From the NCBI GenBank assembly GCA_977017645.1, contig OZ360222.1:81530001-81594000 (forward strand): 64,000 nt of DNA. Reading direction: 5' to 3'. The notes beneath the pieces were generated by a model. It had not been told where the DNA came from. It ran no database searches and saw nothing but the letters and a program-made list of their open reading frames with translations. Positions 13,671 to 25,953 of this stretch are shown one piece after another. The DNA is from Torpedo marmorata (taxonomy: Eukaryota). A program made the translations under genes and the position numbers. Numbering within the stretch: position 1 is the first letter of the stretch; each line of letters begins with the position of its first letter.

Positions 13671-14461
13671 GCTGGTTAACAGCTTGATCATTACGTCTCT
13701 GTGGTAAGCTATAGCTGTCAGTTGCTCACTTACTTTCTAACCAAGGAATGATATATTCACAAGTGTCAATAAAAAATAAGATTTTATAAAAGAGTTTTCT
13801 CTTGATCTAATCAGTATCATAAAATATATAACTCTTGTTACCTTTTAGTGCATTAGCCAAACAATTATCGGTACTCTTTTGCAGCATTGACATTTGATTG
13901 CTTCAGAAACTTTCTGTTTCACCTGTCACTGCTAATAATTTCTAAATGGAACAGTATCTTGTTTGAGTAATAGTTGAAACATTACAATAAATATTTATTG
14001 TCCTTTTTAACTATTTTTAGAGAATATTAGATGCATAATTGGCATCAATACCAGTTTTCACAAATAGGCAGTTTCTTTGAAGCAAGTACTGTGTTGTGAG
14101 TACCCCTACTTCCTGATGCTGCCTTCAGAATGGGAAACATTTGTTTTTTACTTACACACACACACAAATTAAGTTGTAGAATGAATTACGCTGCTCTTGA
14201 AGTTGGCATTGTTATTTGGAAACAGAATTTGACACTAAGATTATAGAAATTACAGGAGCAGAAGTCTTTATCAGCCTGGGCACAATATATCATGTAAACA
14301 GGGTTAGAGTAAGGACAGGTGACATGTACCCAATGGACTGAAGGTGAAGTATATGCAAAATCACTTTAAAATTGAACAGAAAATGGGGTTTAAGATGGTC
14401 TTTAACCTGAGGGAACCATTTGGCAGAATTTAATTCCTGTTAGAACACTGTCTTGTAACAT

Positions 14462-14660
14462 GGAGACAAAAGAGACTGAAGATGCTGAGATCTGGAGAGC
14501 AAAAGTCAACCTGCTGGAGGAACACATCAGGTTGTGCACATCTTAGCATCGACATTCCAATGGAGGGTCTCACCCCAAAATGTTATCTGTTCCTCACCAC
14601 CACCCCCCACCCCCAAAAGAGGCTGCTCAACCTCCCCTGAGTTCCTCCAGTAGTTTGGTT
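14462..14660. mobile_element. Short non-autonomous Penelope-derived element with inverted arms
   Basis: ctgctggaggaacac...ctgagttcctccagtag inverted arms around a decayed gggtctcacccc-aaaa motif. The arms match the 3' region of the Penelope at 53.2-54.1 kb. Confidence 0.6.
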
Positions 14661-15469
14661 ATTTTACTCCTTTTAATACTTTTAATATATTAGATTACAA
14701 AAACACAGAATCACAACTGTAGCCTACAAATTTTACCATGGTTGTTCTTTTCATAAATAAAGCCAACCGTTTTAACCAAAATCTTATTTTATGTTCATAA
14801 TTTTGCCCCTTGAATTTCATTACTCCAAAATTACTTCTTGAATTCGGAAATGTGGATAAAATTACTTTTTATTTTTCACATAGAAAAAATTCATTTTCTT
14901 TTGGATAATGCTGAAACAGGTTGTGCATCACCTTTTTGTTTAACTGGTGCCATATTGAATCTATGGCAGTGCAAGAGCCTTTAATACCATGTACTGTTGG
15001 TGCTTCATGCTTTACACCAATTTCAATATAACTATTGTCAGTGTGGCATCCAACTTGAATGCAATTTTTTAAAAAGCTTGACAGTAAAAGGGACGAGTTT
15101 TCCCTTCACGACTAACTGAAAAGTGAGTGGAGGACTCAGCAATATAATATATGCTAAGTGATCCTTCCTGGATGCATGCTGCTCTGACACCCTCAGCTTC
15201 AGTGAGCAATATAAATCTGAGCAATGCAAATCTGACTCCCTGTTGAGACTCCAATGATGATACACTGGAAAGTTCAAAGGAAAAGTAGTTTCAAGCAACA
15301 TAACAATGGTCTTTGTGAAATGTATACTCAAAAATATTTGAATTTGAGACAGCAGTTGGATTGAAATAAATACTAAAGGCCTAGCAATTTGACAATACAG
15401 TAACAGAATAAATGATGAGCTCACAAAAGTTGTGTTATGTGATGGTAACCAATTTTCAAGGTTCCTTTA

Positions 15470-16229
15470 TTCAAGATTAAAGATTTCTTTATTGTCATGT
15501 AATAGTACAGAACATGTAATATTACACAAATTTGCCTTCTACCTGCCGTAAGGCAGACAAAGAGTTGCTATTAGCGTTGCCCGGAGCCCCTTAGAGTACA
15601 AGAGAAAGAAAAGCAATAGCGAGTCCCTTAAGAGTCCGTGGATTTTCAGCCAGTGCTCCTGCAGTCTCTGCAGCTGCACAGACTCCTGTTCGATCCATCG
15701 GCAACCTGAGTTCCGGATCCAAACCTCCTATACAATCAGGAAGCCTTCAGCGCCCGAGGCCCTTCAGGAGCCCTTCTTGCTCTCAGCACCCTCTCGAATC
15801 CCAGCTCTGATACCTGGTTCCCATGAACCCATGTGGGTCCCTAAGCCACTGAGCCCCTCGCTGGTCTGCCGCCGTGGTCCTGTAGGGTCGACTCCGCTGC
15901 TTCTCATTCTCAACGGGGAGTGTTCTTGCTGTTTCTGGTGCCCGGCGCTGCTCCCCGGAGTCTGCAACCTCTCGTGGCCACTGCCGAGCACAGGTGTTGC
16001 CATCTTGGGCACAGACCCGTGGTTGCAGAATTTTAGTTTAAAAACACCATCGGCTCCCCTAATGGACCATTTAATGCCTAGATGGAGCTGCCGGCATTAC
16101 GTCCAGGCAGTTGAACCCTTCGGAGCATAACCGTGTCTCTGCTCTCTGCACTCTCAGGTCCACATTAGTGGCAGTGCTGCCGTTACAGCAACTCCGGCAG
16201 CGCCGCTATTTTTATCGTCCGCCATGTTT
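15470..16229 (-). mobile_element. GC-rich non-coding retroelement with Rex1-type tail (divergent copy)
   Basis: Its reverse complement is collinear with the elements at 22716 and 56359 (ggagccgatggtg, caagatggc, gaccacggcggc, atgacaataaa + tail). Confidence 0.75.
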
Positions 16230-19200
16230 GTTAGAAATTTAACACCAATCCTTAATTATATATGGATTTCTTCTTATGAGAATTTTCTGGAGCTCTTTTT
16301 CTGGTGTCCAGCTTACTCAATAGACACCAATAGTGGTGCAGCCTGCAACATTTGTTTCTGGTGAAGCTTAGCACCACATTGAGTTTAATATTGATTGCTG
16401 CTATTCATTCAGCTTTTTTGCAATGCTGTAGATTCAAACTAAACACAAGTTAAATGGTCAAAATATTGTTCCTGCAGTCTTAATTCGAATACAGTTCAAC
16501 TCATTGTAAAACAAATCTGAAATAGATTAACTTGAACTGGGATCTTAGTCACTGCACTTTCAGTTCCCCTTCAGAACTTACTAGAATGGTAGAAGTCTTA
16601 CACAAGGGATGTGGATGAATGTTAATCAGATGAAATAGGTGAAAAAAAATAGATGCAAGATGATTGATAGAGAGGTGCCACCACAAATCTCCTCTGCCCA
16701 GGTGTTGTAGGGTCAAATCCCAAACTAACACTCGCAATAGGATATTCTTCCTAAAGGTTGTTGTCATTCACAGCTTTAATCTCTGAAAACCATAGGTGCG
16801 AACAAAGGTGTCTGCACTGTTCTCGAAGTCAAGTTCACTCTCACTCCCAGAAATCTTCAAAATTCTTGCATGAAATTCCATTGCAGAAGTCAAAGGCAGT
16901 TCAAACTTCATAGGGGATACTGTGATTTTTGGTCAACGTGGCTTTGGGATTCACATCTGGAATTAACGAATTGCAGGCCTCTCAAAGGCAGACACTCGTA
17001 TTGGGCACTCACAGCCTTACGGACACCTCAGTGGCAACACTTTGCAAGGTATCTATACAGGGAAACTGCAAACTATCCATCAGAAGCCTGTGCAAATTTC
17101 TTTATTCCCAGTGGGACTCTACTACCACACCCACAACTTCATCATTCATTCCTTGGAAAAACAGCTTTTTTTGATGCTGAAGTTGAGGATAACTTAAATG
17201 GTCAGAAACATTTCTGTAACAGTCATAAGTGGAGTAGAGTTGAACTCGCTGAAAAAACAAGTATGAAATAGATTGACCAAAACTAGAATCATTCCTTTCT
17301 TTTCAATTTTATTTATTGATTTTTAAAACAAATAATACAGAGGCAGTCAGTGCAAAAGAAATCATTCCTTAACAAGTAGCTGGAACAATGTCCCTAGTAT
17401 TGTGGAGTGACCTTTTTCGGATCTCTTCCTGAGATGGAAGCAATGAGGAAAGATGTTGTCAACATGGGAAAATTGACCACAAGCACTCACTGTTTCTCGA
17501 GCCAAGCAACGTTGCGCAGAGGAATTTGGTGGGACTGTTCTGGAACTGGTTCCCACAAATTACACAATGATCTTAAGCTTTTGAAAACAGTGTTGGGGAG
17601 ATTGCTACCATTATCTTAATATCAGAGAAACAGTGCAAGTGAAGTTCAAGCCCAATTTTTTTAATTTAAGCTAAGGATAGTCTAAAATTATAGGCTTCCA
17701 ATCCCTACCCTGTAGAAAAAGCATGGACATATTGTGCAAAGTACATTTTGCAGTCAAAGTCTATTTTCTCGGTGATTGCAGGAGACTTCTCAGCCTGTCG
17801 TGGCATCAAACTGATATTCTGTGAAATTAGAATGCAATATTTAAAATCTATAGTTTGAATCAAGTATAAGAGAACAATACAATTTTTGTAGCCTTTGCTT
17901 GCAACAGTGTGAGAGACAATGATAAGACTCAGATACTTTATTCTCCAAAGTAAATTGATGGTTTTATTATCGAGTATTCTAGTTCAACACAGCACACATT
18001 TTAACCTGAAATGTATGATCATAAACTTCATCCCGTATGTACTGCTGTGAGGGAATGTTTTGCTCTCTCTGCCACAATAGACAAAATAAGAGGAGGTATT
18101 TTTTTTCTTGATGAGGGATAATTCATAGAATTGTTCTAATTATTGGCTATACTTGAATGTTCTTCAAACATCCTTGATACCATACTAAATATTTAAAAAA
18201 TACGAGAAAAAAGAAAGTAACAAATGTGTATATTATTTGTTGGGAAATCAAACAGACTGTATTTGTAGACAGACTCAAGTTGGCCACAACCCTCCAAGAA
18301 TTCATGAGAGGTGAACTGGATAGAATCATCATTTTATAAGGTGGGATGGGGCTGACATCTGGTAGTTCCAATGCCTCAGCAGCTAAGCCCCAGGTTACAG
18401 AGGCAAGCTGTTTCTACTATCCATAGATTTTCTCCCAAAGGGAGATGATGACTCTCTAGGGAGGGGAAATGAATAAATGGAGAGAGGGAAGATGCTGGAT
18501 TTGCTAAATTGTTTCATTTGAATAATGTGAAAATTAAAAATGAAAACACTTGTTTAGTGCTCCATTGTTCCACGTACAAAAAAAATAGACAAAGTTGAGC
18601 TCATTAGTTGAGCACAAAGCAGAAATCTGGCCGTGCTTGTTGATTATAAATTGTATTTGATGCCTTGCAGGATTCCATGTGACCTATGAAATTGAAAAGA
18701 AGCCTGTATCAATTTTACTGTCATCTGTGTGCCTCCTGTAAAATGGATCATATAAAATATAAACCAGATGTGTTTTTGCACTCTACAGTATCAGATTATA
18801 AGAGCTATCTGAGAGCATTTAATCAAAGATGTTAAAAAAACTGTCTTCTAATACTTATTTGTATGTGAATCTTCCCATTGATTTGACCTTTTTTTTAATG
18901 ATATTTCACTGATGAAGAGCCAAGATCTACTGTATTAAAGTTGGTAATCAAAAGAACAATTATTTGTACACAAATATTCAGAACGTCATGTCACAAAACC
19001 CAGAAAGAAATTATTTAAAAGGGTATCTTTTATAATTATACAAAATGATTCTAACAGAACTATAGATCACTACAGCACAGAAACAGGCCTTTTGGCCCAT
19101 CTAGTCCATGCCCAACTATTTATTCTGCCTAGTTCTATCGACCTGCACCTAGACCATACCCCTCCATACCCCTCCCATCCATGTACCTATCCAATCTTCC

Positions 19201-19416
19201 CATAAATGTCAAAATCAAACCCACATCCACCACCTCTGCTGGTAGCTCATTCCACACTTTCACCACGCTCTGAGTGAAGTTCCCCCAATATCCCCCTTAA
19301 ACATTTCACCTTTCACCCTTAACCCATGTACTCTAGTTCTTGCCCCACTCAACCTTAGTGGAAACAGCTTGTTTGCATTTACCCTATAATTAGGGTAAAT
19401 ATTACCCTATAATACC

Positions 19417-19487
19417 CTATGATGCTGCCGCAAAACACCGAATTTCATGACTTGTTCATGACAATAAATTCTGATTCTGATTCTGAT
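19417..19487 (+). mobile_element. ~70-bp Rex1 3'-end insertion
   Basis: ctatgatgctgccgcaaaacaccgaatttcatgacttgttcatgacaataaattctgattctgattctga, essentially the same as the 3' ends at 13140-13208 and 41776-41844. Confidence 0.9.
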
Positions 19488-20063
19488 TTCCACTGATAAT
19501 TTGATATACCTCTATCAAATCTTTCCTCGCTCTCCGATGCTCCACGGAATAGTCCTAACCAATTCAACCTTTCTCTGTAACTCAGTTCCTCAAGTCCCAG
19601 GTGCATCCTTTTAAATCTCTGCACTCTTTCAATCTTATTGATATCTTTCCTGTAGGTAGGTGACCAAAACTGCACACAGCACTCCAAATGTGGCCTCACC
19701 AATGTCATGTACAATTTCAACATAACATCCCACATCCTGCACTTAATACTTTGCTTTATGGAGTCCAATGTGCCAAAAGATTTCTTTATGACCAAATCTA
19801 CCTGTGAGGCCACTTTCAAGGAATTGTGTATCAGTATTGACAGATCCCTCTGCTCTGCTGCACTCCGCAGTTCCCTAACATTTACCGTGCAAGTCCTATG
19901 CTAGTTCATCCTCCCAAAGTGCAACACCTCACACTTGTTCGTATTAAATTGCATCTGCCAATTTTCAGCTAATTTTTCCAGCTGGTCCAGATCCCTCTGC
20001 AAGCTTTGAGAGCCTTCCTCGCTGTCCACTATACTCCTAATCCTAGTGTCATCTGAAAAGTTA

Positions 20064-21245
20064 GGGTGGCACAGTTGGCATAGCGGTTAGTGCAATGCCT
20101 TTACAGCGCCAGCGATCGGGATCGGGGTTTGAATCCCGTGCTGTCTGTAAGGAGTTTGTACGTTCTCCCCTTGTCTGCGTGGGTTTTCCCTGGGGGCTCC
20201 GGTTTCCTCCCACCGTTCGAAACGTACCGGGGTGTAGGTTAATTGGGTGTAAATTGGGCGGCACAGACTCGTGGGCCGACGTGGCCTGTTACCGTTGTAA
20301 GGGATGCGTTAAAGTTGATATTAATATTTAAAGTTAAGTTATAGTATTATATATCTTAATAAAGTTAGTTGTGGGCTGGGTCAGGGTCAAACACAGGTCA
20401 CAGCACATTTACAGGAAAAAAACATAATCTTGGAACAGAGATGAGGTCAGATGTTTTTGTGGATGTAAGTGATTTTGAAGAAAGGCATGAGGTAATGCTT
20501 CTGAAAATGAAACTACAATGTTCACGTCACATGATGTCAGAAATATATAATGAAAGAAATCAGACATTTTGAAACAGACTGAACCAGACTGGAGAAACTC
20601 TGACACTTTGGAAAGACAAAGATTTGAAGCAGTTTAAGAAACTTTGACGTTCTGGAAAGACAGAATTATTTGAGCAGTGATCTCTGAATGGATAGAGGTA
20701 CTGTCTCTGTATTATCCTTACCATAGGAGATACCATATAAGAGGCTTTTAAAATATGTAAGACCACTTCTGACTGCCTCTTTAAAAAAGAGGACAGTCTT
20801 GTATGTTACTTTCAATTAAGAAAGAAATCATCGTGGAAAACAGACTCCGGAACTCTTAGGCAAGATAAGAGGGAGTTTGGTTAAATCACTCATATGAAGA
20901 AAACATCTCTGAAAGGCAACTCATCAAAAGACTCGTGAGTTTAAAACAAGAAGTTGGAAACTGGACTTTAAAAGTGACTTTTCAGATTTAAGTTTAAACT
21001 GAAATAGTTTGGACACACACACATTTACATTTGCGCATAATGGGGTTTAAGTTAGAGTTAAGTTTAGAGATAAGTAAGATATGTTATGTTATTAATAGTT
21101 TAAATAAAAATATTCTTTTTATTTACCATTGTTTGGTAAATTTTCCATTGCTGTTCATTTGTTAGTACTAGCAAGGTTTGTTAGTTCGTAACACCGTGCT
21201 GTATGTCTAAATTTAAATTTAGTTAAAAATTTAAATTTAAAATTT
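20064..21245 (+). mobile_element. V-SINE split by a solo LTR (20064-20295 + 21194-21245)
   Basis: Full head and V-domain. The tail ...ggcctgttaccgt|gctgtatgtctaaattt is interrupted at ccgt. Confidence 0.9.
20296..21193 (+). mobile_element. Solo LTR (898 bp), probably Gypsy/Ty3 or ERV
   Basis: TGTAA...TAACA termini, a perfect 4-bp TSD ccgt (20292-20295 / 21194-21197), and AATAAA at 21103-21108. Confidence 0.88.
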
Positions 21246-21280
21246 AACCACATTATCATTCAGATCGTTGATGTCGATGA

Positions 21281-22495
21281 ACATGTGTCATGAAATTTGT
21301 TGTTTTGCGCCAGCAGTATTGTGCAGAACAAGGTGCAAAATTACTATAAAATTACAATTACAGTAGTGCAAAAATGAGAAAAAGTGAGGTAGTGTCCATA
21401 GTTAATTGTCTGTTCAGAAATCTGATGGCGGAGGGGAAGAAGCTGTTTTTGTAACTATTTCTTTAGTCATACAGCATGGTAAAAGGCCATTTCGGCCCAC
21501 GAGCCCGTGCCGCCCAAATACACCCAATTAACCTTTACGTTTCAAACAGTGGGAGGAAAGCGGAGCCCCCGGGGAAAACCCACGCGGACACGGGGAGAAT
21601 GTACAAACTCCTTATAGACAGCACTGGATACAAACCCCGGTCCCAATCGCTTGTGCTGTAACGGCATTGCGCTAACCGCTACGCCAACCGTTGAGTATGC
21701 AGCTTCAGGCTCCTGTACTTTCTCCATGATGGTAGCAGTGAGAAAAGGGCATGGCCTAGATGGTGAGGGTCCTTGAAGATAGATGCTGCTTTCTTGAGGC
21801 ACCGGCTCTTGAAGATGTCATTAATGGAATGAAGACTGATGCCCATGATGGTGCTAGTTGAGTTTACAACCCTCTGTAGCCCATTCCTTTCCTGTGCATT
21901 GGCCCTCCATACCAGACAGTGATGCAACCAGTCAGAATGCTCTCCACCATGCACCTTTAGAAATTTGCAAGAATCTTTGGAGACGTACCAAATCTTCTCA
22001 AACTCCTAACAAAATATAGCCGCTGGCGTGCCTTCTTCATAATTGCATCAACACGATGGCCCCAGGATAGATCTTCAGAGATGTTGACACCCAAATATCT
22101 GAGGTTTCTTATCCTCTCCACTTCTGACCCCTCGATGAGGAGAGGTTTGTGTTCTCCCAGATTCCTCTTCCTGGTCCATAATCAATTCCTTTGTTTTACT
22201 GTTGTTGTCTGCAAGGTTGTTGTTGTGATGTCACTCAACTAGCTGATCTATCTCACTCCTGTACGCTTCCTCATTGCTATCTGTGATTTGGCCAACAACA
22301 GTGGTGTCATCAGCAAATTTGTAGATGGCATTTGAATTCTGCCTAGCCACACGGTCAAGGGTGTAGGGAGAGTAGAGCAGTGGGCAAAGCATGCATCCTT
22401 GAGGTGCGCCTGTGATGATTGTAAGTAAGGGGGTGTTGTTACCAAACTGTAACTGTGGTCTCCCGATGAGGAAGTCAAGGATCCAGTTTCAGAGC
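21281..22495 (-). mobile_element. Older, diverged Rex1 LINE, interrupted by a V-SINE
   Basis: ORF 21679-21954 reads CLKKAASIFKDPHHLGHALFSLLPS. Nucleotide similarity to the other Rex1 copies, with many substitutions. Confidence 0.85.
21457..21691 (-). mobile_element. V-SINE
   Basis: Reverse complement of the 20064 copy. Confidence 0.88.
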
Positions 22496-22715
22496 GAGCT
22501 TTGGACATAGCTTGGAACCCATCCTACCCAACATGCAAACAGTGACCAACCTCATTCATTCTCTTATGACCCATGAGCAAGCCAATTGTGATGGTAGCTA
22601 ATGTTTTTGTTTCAATTGCAACTTGAGCAGCATACAAATGTAGCAATGAAGCTGAGAACCCTTTCACAAAACATATGAGCCCAAGAAATCGATGTAGGAG
22701 TTGGCTATTCAATCA

Positions 22716-23549
22716 CTGTAGCGGCAGCGCTGCCGCTGGTGCGGACCCGCGGGGAGCGTGGGAGCGGAGATACAGCGCTCCCGCAGGGTCCAGCCGCCCA
22801 GTCGACTGCCATCGGTTCCGCACGGGCTTTGAACGGCCCGTTAAAGGAGCCGACGGTGGTTTTATTTAAGATCCCGCGACCGCGAGGTCTGCGCCCAAGA
22901 TGGCTGCGCCTTTTAACCGGCAGCAGCCATGAGGGGCTGCAGATTCTGGGGAAGTAGAGGACTGGAGCAGGGCACCAGAGGACGGGAAGATCATCCCCCC
23001 GTCTGAGAAGGAGAAGCGGAGGAGACGACCCACGGGATCACGGGATGGTGACCACGGCGGCGGACCGGTGAGGGGCTCTGAGGCTGAAGGACCAGTGCAT
23101 GCGACGGGCTGCTGGCGACTCGAGGCGAGGAACCCGCGGAGGCTGTGGGCTGCTGGAGGATGCTGTCGGGGGACTCACGCCGGGCTGCGTACTGCTGGAG
23201 GCTGGCTCGAACTGGCTGGAGGAGTACTAGGTATCGGAACCGGGATGCGAGGTGGTGCCGATGGCGACCTGACCGTGTCGGAGGTTCGGATCTGGAGCTC
23301 GGGTTGCCGATCGTTTGGACTGGACTCTTTGTGGCTGCGGAAGCGCTGGAGGCGAATCTATGGACACTCGGTGACTCTGGGGGGACTCTCTTTTGCTTCT
23401 CTTTCTCTGACTGTAAGGAATGTTAGAGGCACTTAGGCAATTTCTGCCGGTGGCGAATCTGTCTGCCTTGCAGCAGGCAAAAAGAAATTTCATGGAATAT
23501 AACACTGTCTTATTACTATGACAATAAATTGAATCTTGAATCTTGAATC
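22716..23549 (+). mobile_element. GC-rich non-coding retroelement with Rex1-type (TTGAATC)n tail
   Basis: Near-identical to 56359-57152. Ends atgacaataaattgaatcttgaatcttgaatc, is flanked by aatca on both sides, and sits inside a decayed CR1-like tail. Confidence 0.85.
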
Positions 23550-24524
23550 ATGTCTGCTTTATCATTCAAGATCATGACTGATCTTTTTCCTCAGTGTCAC
23601 CTTCCTGCACTGAACAAACATCCTTTGATTTCCTTCACATATAAACCCCTTCAAGCCTCCATTACCTTGTTAAAATTTGCCCAGTTCTTTAGGCCTTTGC
23701 TAACTCTTCCAGTCATGCTGCATTGCAAGACAAATGCTTAGTAATGAACACACCAGAGCAACTGGTTTTTGCAAAGCCTTGAGGTCAGCAAACTATGTCT
23801 CCAGCAACATTCCCTGTAGATAAGTGCAAATTGCAAAAGTGCTGAGCACTTGTAGAATTGCAGCAATGGCAAGAAGAAAATTGCATTCACATCGTTGATG
23901 ATTCTTTTAAATAGCACTGATGGGGTGGGTTATGATGCTGCTGATTGTATGTTGAGGGATGCCTGTTTAAGAGGCTGTTAGCTGGAGCATTGACCTCTAC
24001 AATGAGTGCTGGCATCAGATTTGTATGGCATAATGATTAATGTGACGATATGCCTATTCTGCACACTTCCAATGCTCTGAACAATGTGTTATTCAGCACA
24101 ACTTGTGCCAAATATATGCCCACATGTTGCAACTGTCATTTTGGGCTGTCATGGGTCCTGAAAACTAGGCATTACTTAATCCAGTTTTACCCCCTTTGAC
24201 TTTGAGGATTATTAGAATTTTTTTGCATGCAATATGGCAAGTCAGATCTAGTCCAGGATTTCACATACTTCTCCTGACATATTTGCATTACTCAGTGGAT
24301 TCTAGCTCCATTTTAACAAGATTTGACAATAAAAGTCAGTACCTATAATAGAATATTAAAGATCTGATAATCTCTCCCAATAGGAAGTATCTTTTACCAG
24401 GTTTTTAATAACACGCTCTGATCAGTAATTATGCTAATTGAATACTTTACTGCTGTGCGGCAGTTAACATTTTCAGCAGAGCATTTGAACTACTAAAATA
24501 TTTTAGCTGACCTAAATTATATCC

Positions 24525-24590
24525 TTTATTTATTTATCTATTTATTTATTTATTTATCTATTTATTTATCTATCTATTTATTTATTTATT
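24525..24590. repeat. (TTTA)n/(TCTA)n compound microsatellite
   Basis: Read directly from the sequence. Confidence 0.95.
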
Positions 24591-25953
24591 TTTAATTAAA
24601 ATGTTGCAGAAGTATAACAAGATCCTAATTTATAAAGGTGGACATAATAGATGACATATGGACAGAAAATATATTGAACTGTTTCTAATAACTAATAATA
24701 TGCCATTTTATCCTCATGATGATGGTCTTCTTAACCTTTAAAAGTAAAAGTTTTTGATCTATTGCAGTTAATTTCACCTTTTGAAAGGTGTTGGTCATAA
24801 CATGATCAGGTAGGTGGAACAATAGAAGTAACATTTTGTTGGGTAGTTTGTTTTTGGGAATTTAATCAGGGAGACGTACAAGATGATACCTGATGTTGAA
24901 AGTTGCATGAGTGTAAAAAAGTAAAAAAAGGATTGAAAGAGGTGGGAACACACTGTTGTAAACTACATGTCTGTGCTTCAACTTCACTGAAAGTGGGAAT
25001 GAGCTAACCCTTGTGAGTGGCATCCTGCAGCACATGCCATTATCTGTGCTCTGCAGCTTTTTTTGGTGTCTGATTTATTATTAGGACCTGTTTATGCCAA
25101 CAGTCATACACATAATTAACCATTCGAAAGCAGCTCATAGTCATTTGTCCTGTTTCTAATCCAAAGTGAAATAGTAAACCAGTGTGTAGATAAAAAGGAG
25201 GTAACTGAAAAACAAGGCAAAAGCAAAACAATGGCAATACAGTATTGGCAAATATGTAAGGCCTTCATACAATGTTGTTCATTCCAATACCTCTTACAAT
25301 AAAGAACACTCTCATATTAGTCCATTTGATTCTTCACCAGTACAGCCAACATAGTAACCTATGTTTAAGACCTCAGTAAGTGAGTTATATTGTACTGCAT
25401 TGATAAATACTAACCATTTGGCCTTATCAGAAAGAATCCTCACAATTAAGCAGAAGACAAACTTTTAAGAAGAGGAATGGAGAAAAAGAGGTATCCCTTT
25501 CACTAAGGGCAGAAAGTTAACCATTACTTTAAAATATACAGTATGTGTTAGTAGTAAATCTAGGTGAGAGCATTCAAAGCATTAAATCACCTCTTTAGTC
25601 TGGTAGATTTAACATTATTCAAATGATCATCAGTCCACTTAAGTTGTGCATAGGCAACTCCAGTAATAACCATCATAGGTTTCAGAGGGTTATTTACTGA
25701 CTAGAGCTATAGTTTGATGATGTTACATAGGCTGACAGATCTACAGCAATTCTGATGCTTTAGGGAAAGAATCGGACAAGGTCCGGGAGCCTGCATATAG
25801 CTGGAGTACTAGTGATCTAATCTCATCCTGAATAAAAATGTATTAATCATTCAAATATGAAACTCCACACTGATAAAGATACATTGTATAGGATAAAATA
25901 TCACTTGGTGATGGCCTTAAAATCCTCAAAATTCGATTTGAAAATTATTTATA

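Larger units (their letters stand above)
19056..21280 (-). mobile_element. CR1 LINE fragment hosting a Rex1 tail, a V-SINE and a solo LTR
   Basis: ORF 19445-19819 reads LYMTLVRPHLECCVQFWSP. CR1 sequence stops at 20062 and resumes at about 21241 (accacattatcattcagatc). Confidence 0.85.

Noticed and set aside
13401-13707. ORFs spanning N runs (also 48844-49141)
   Set aside because: Artefacts of the assembly gaps.
20064-20140. tRNA genes
   Set aside because: The A/B-box sequences are V-SINE heads followed by the V-domain and tail in every copy.
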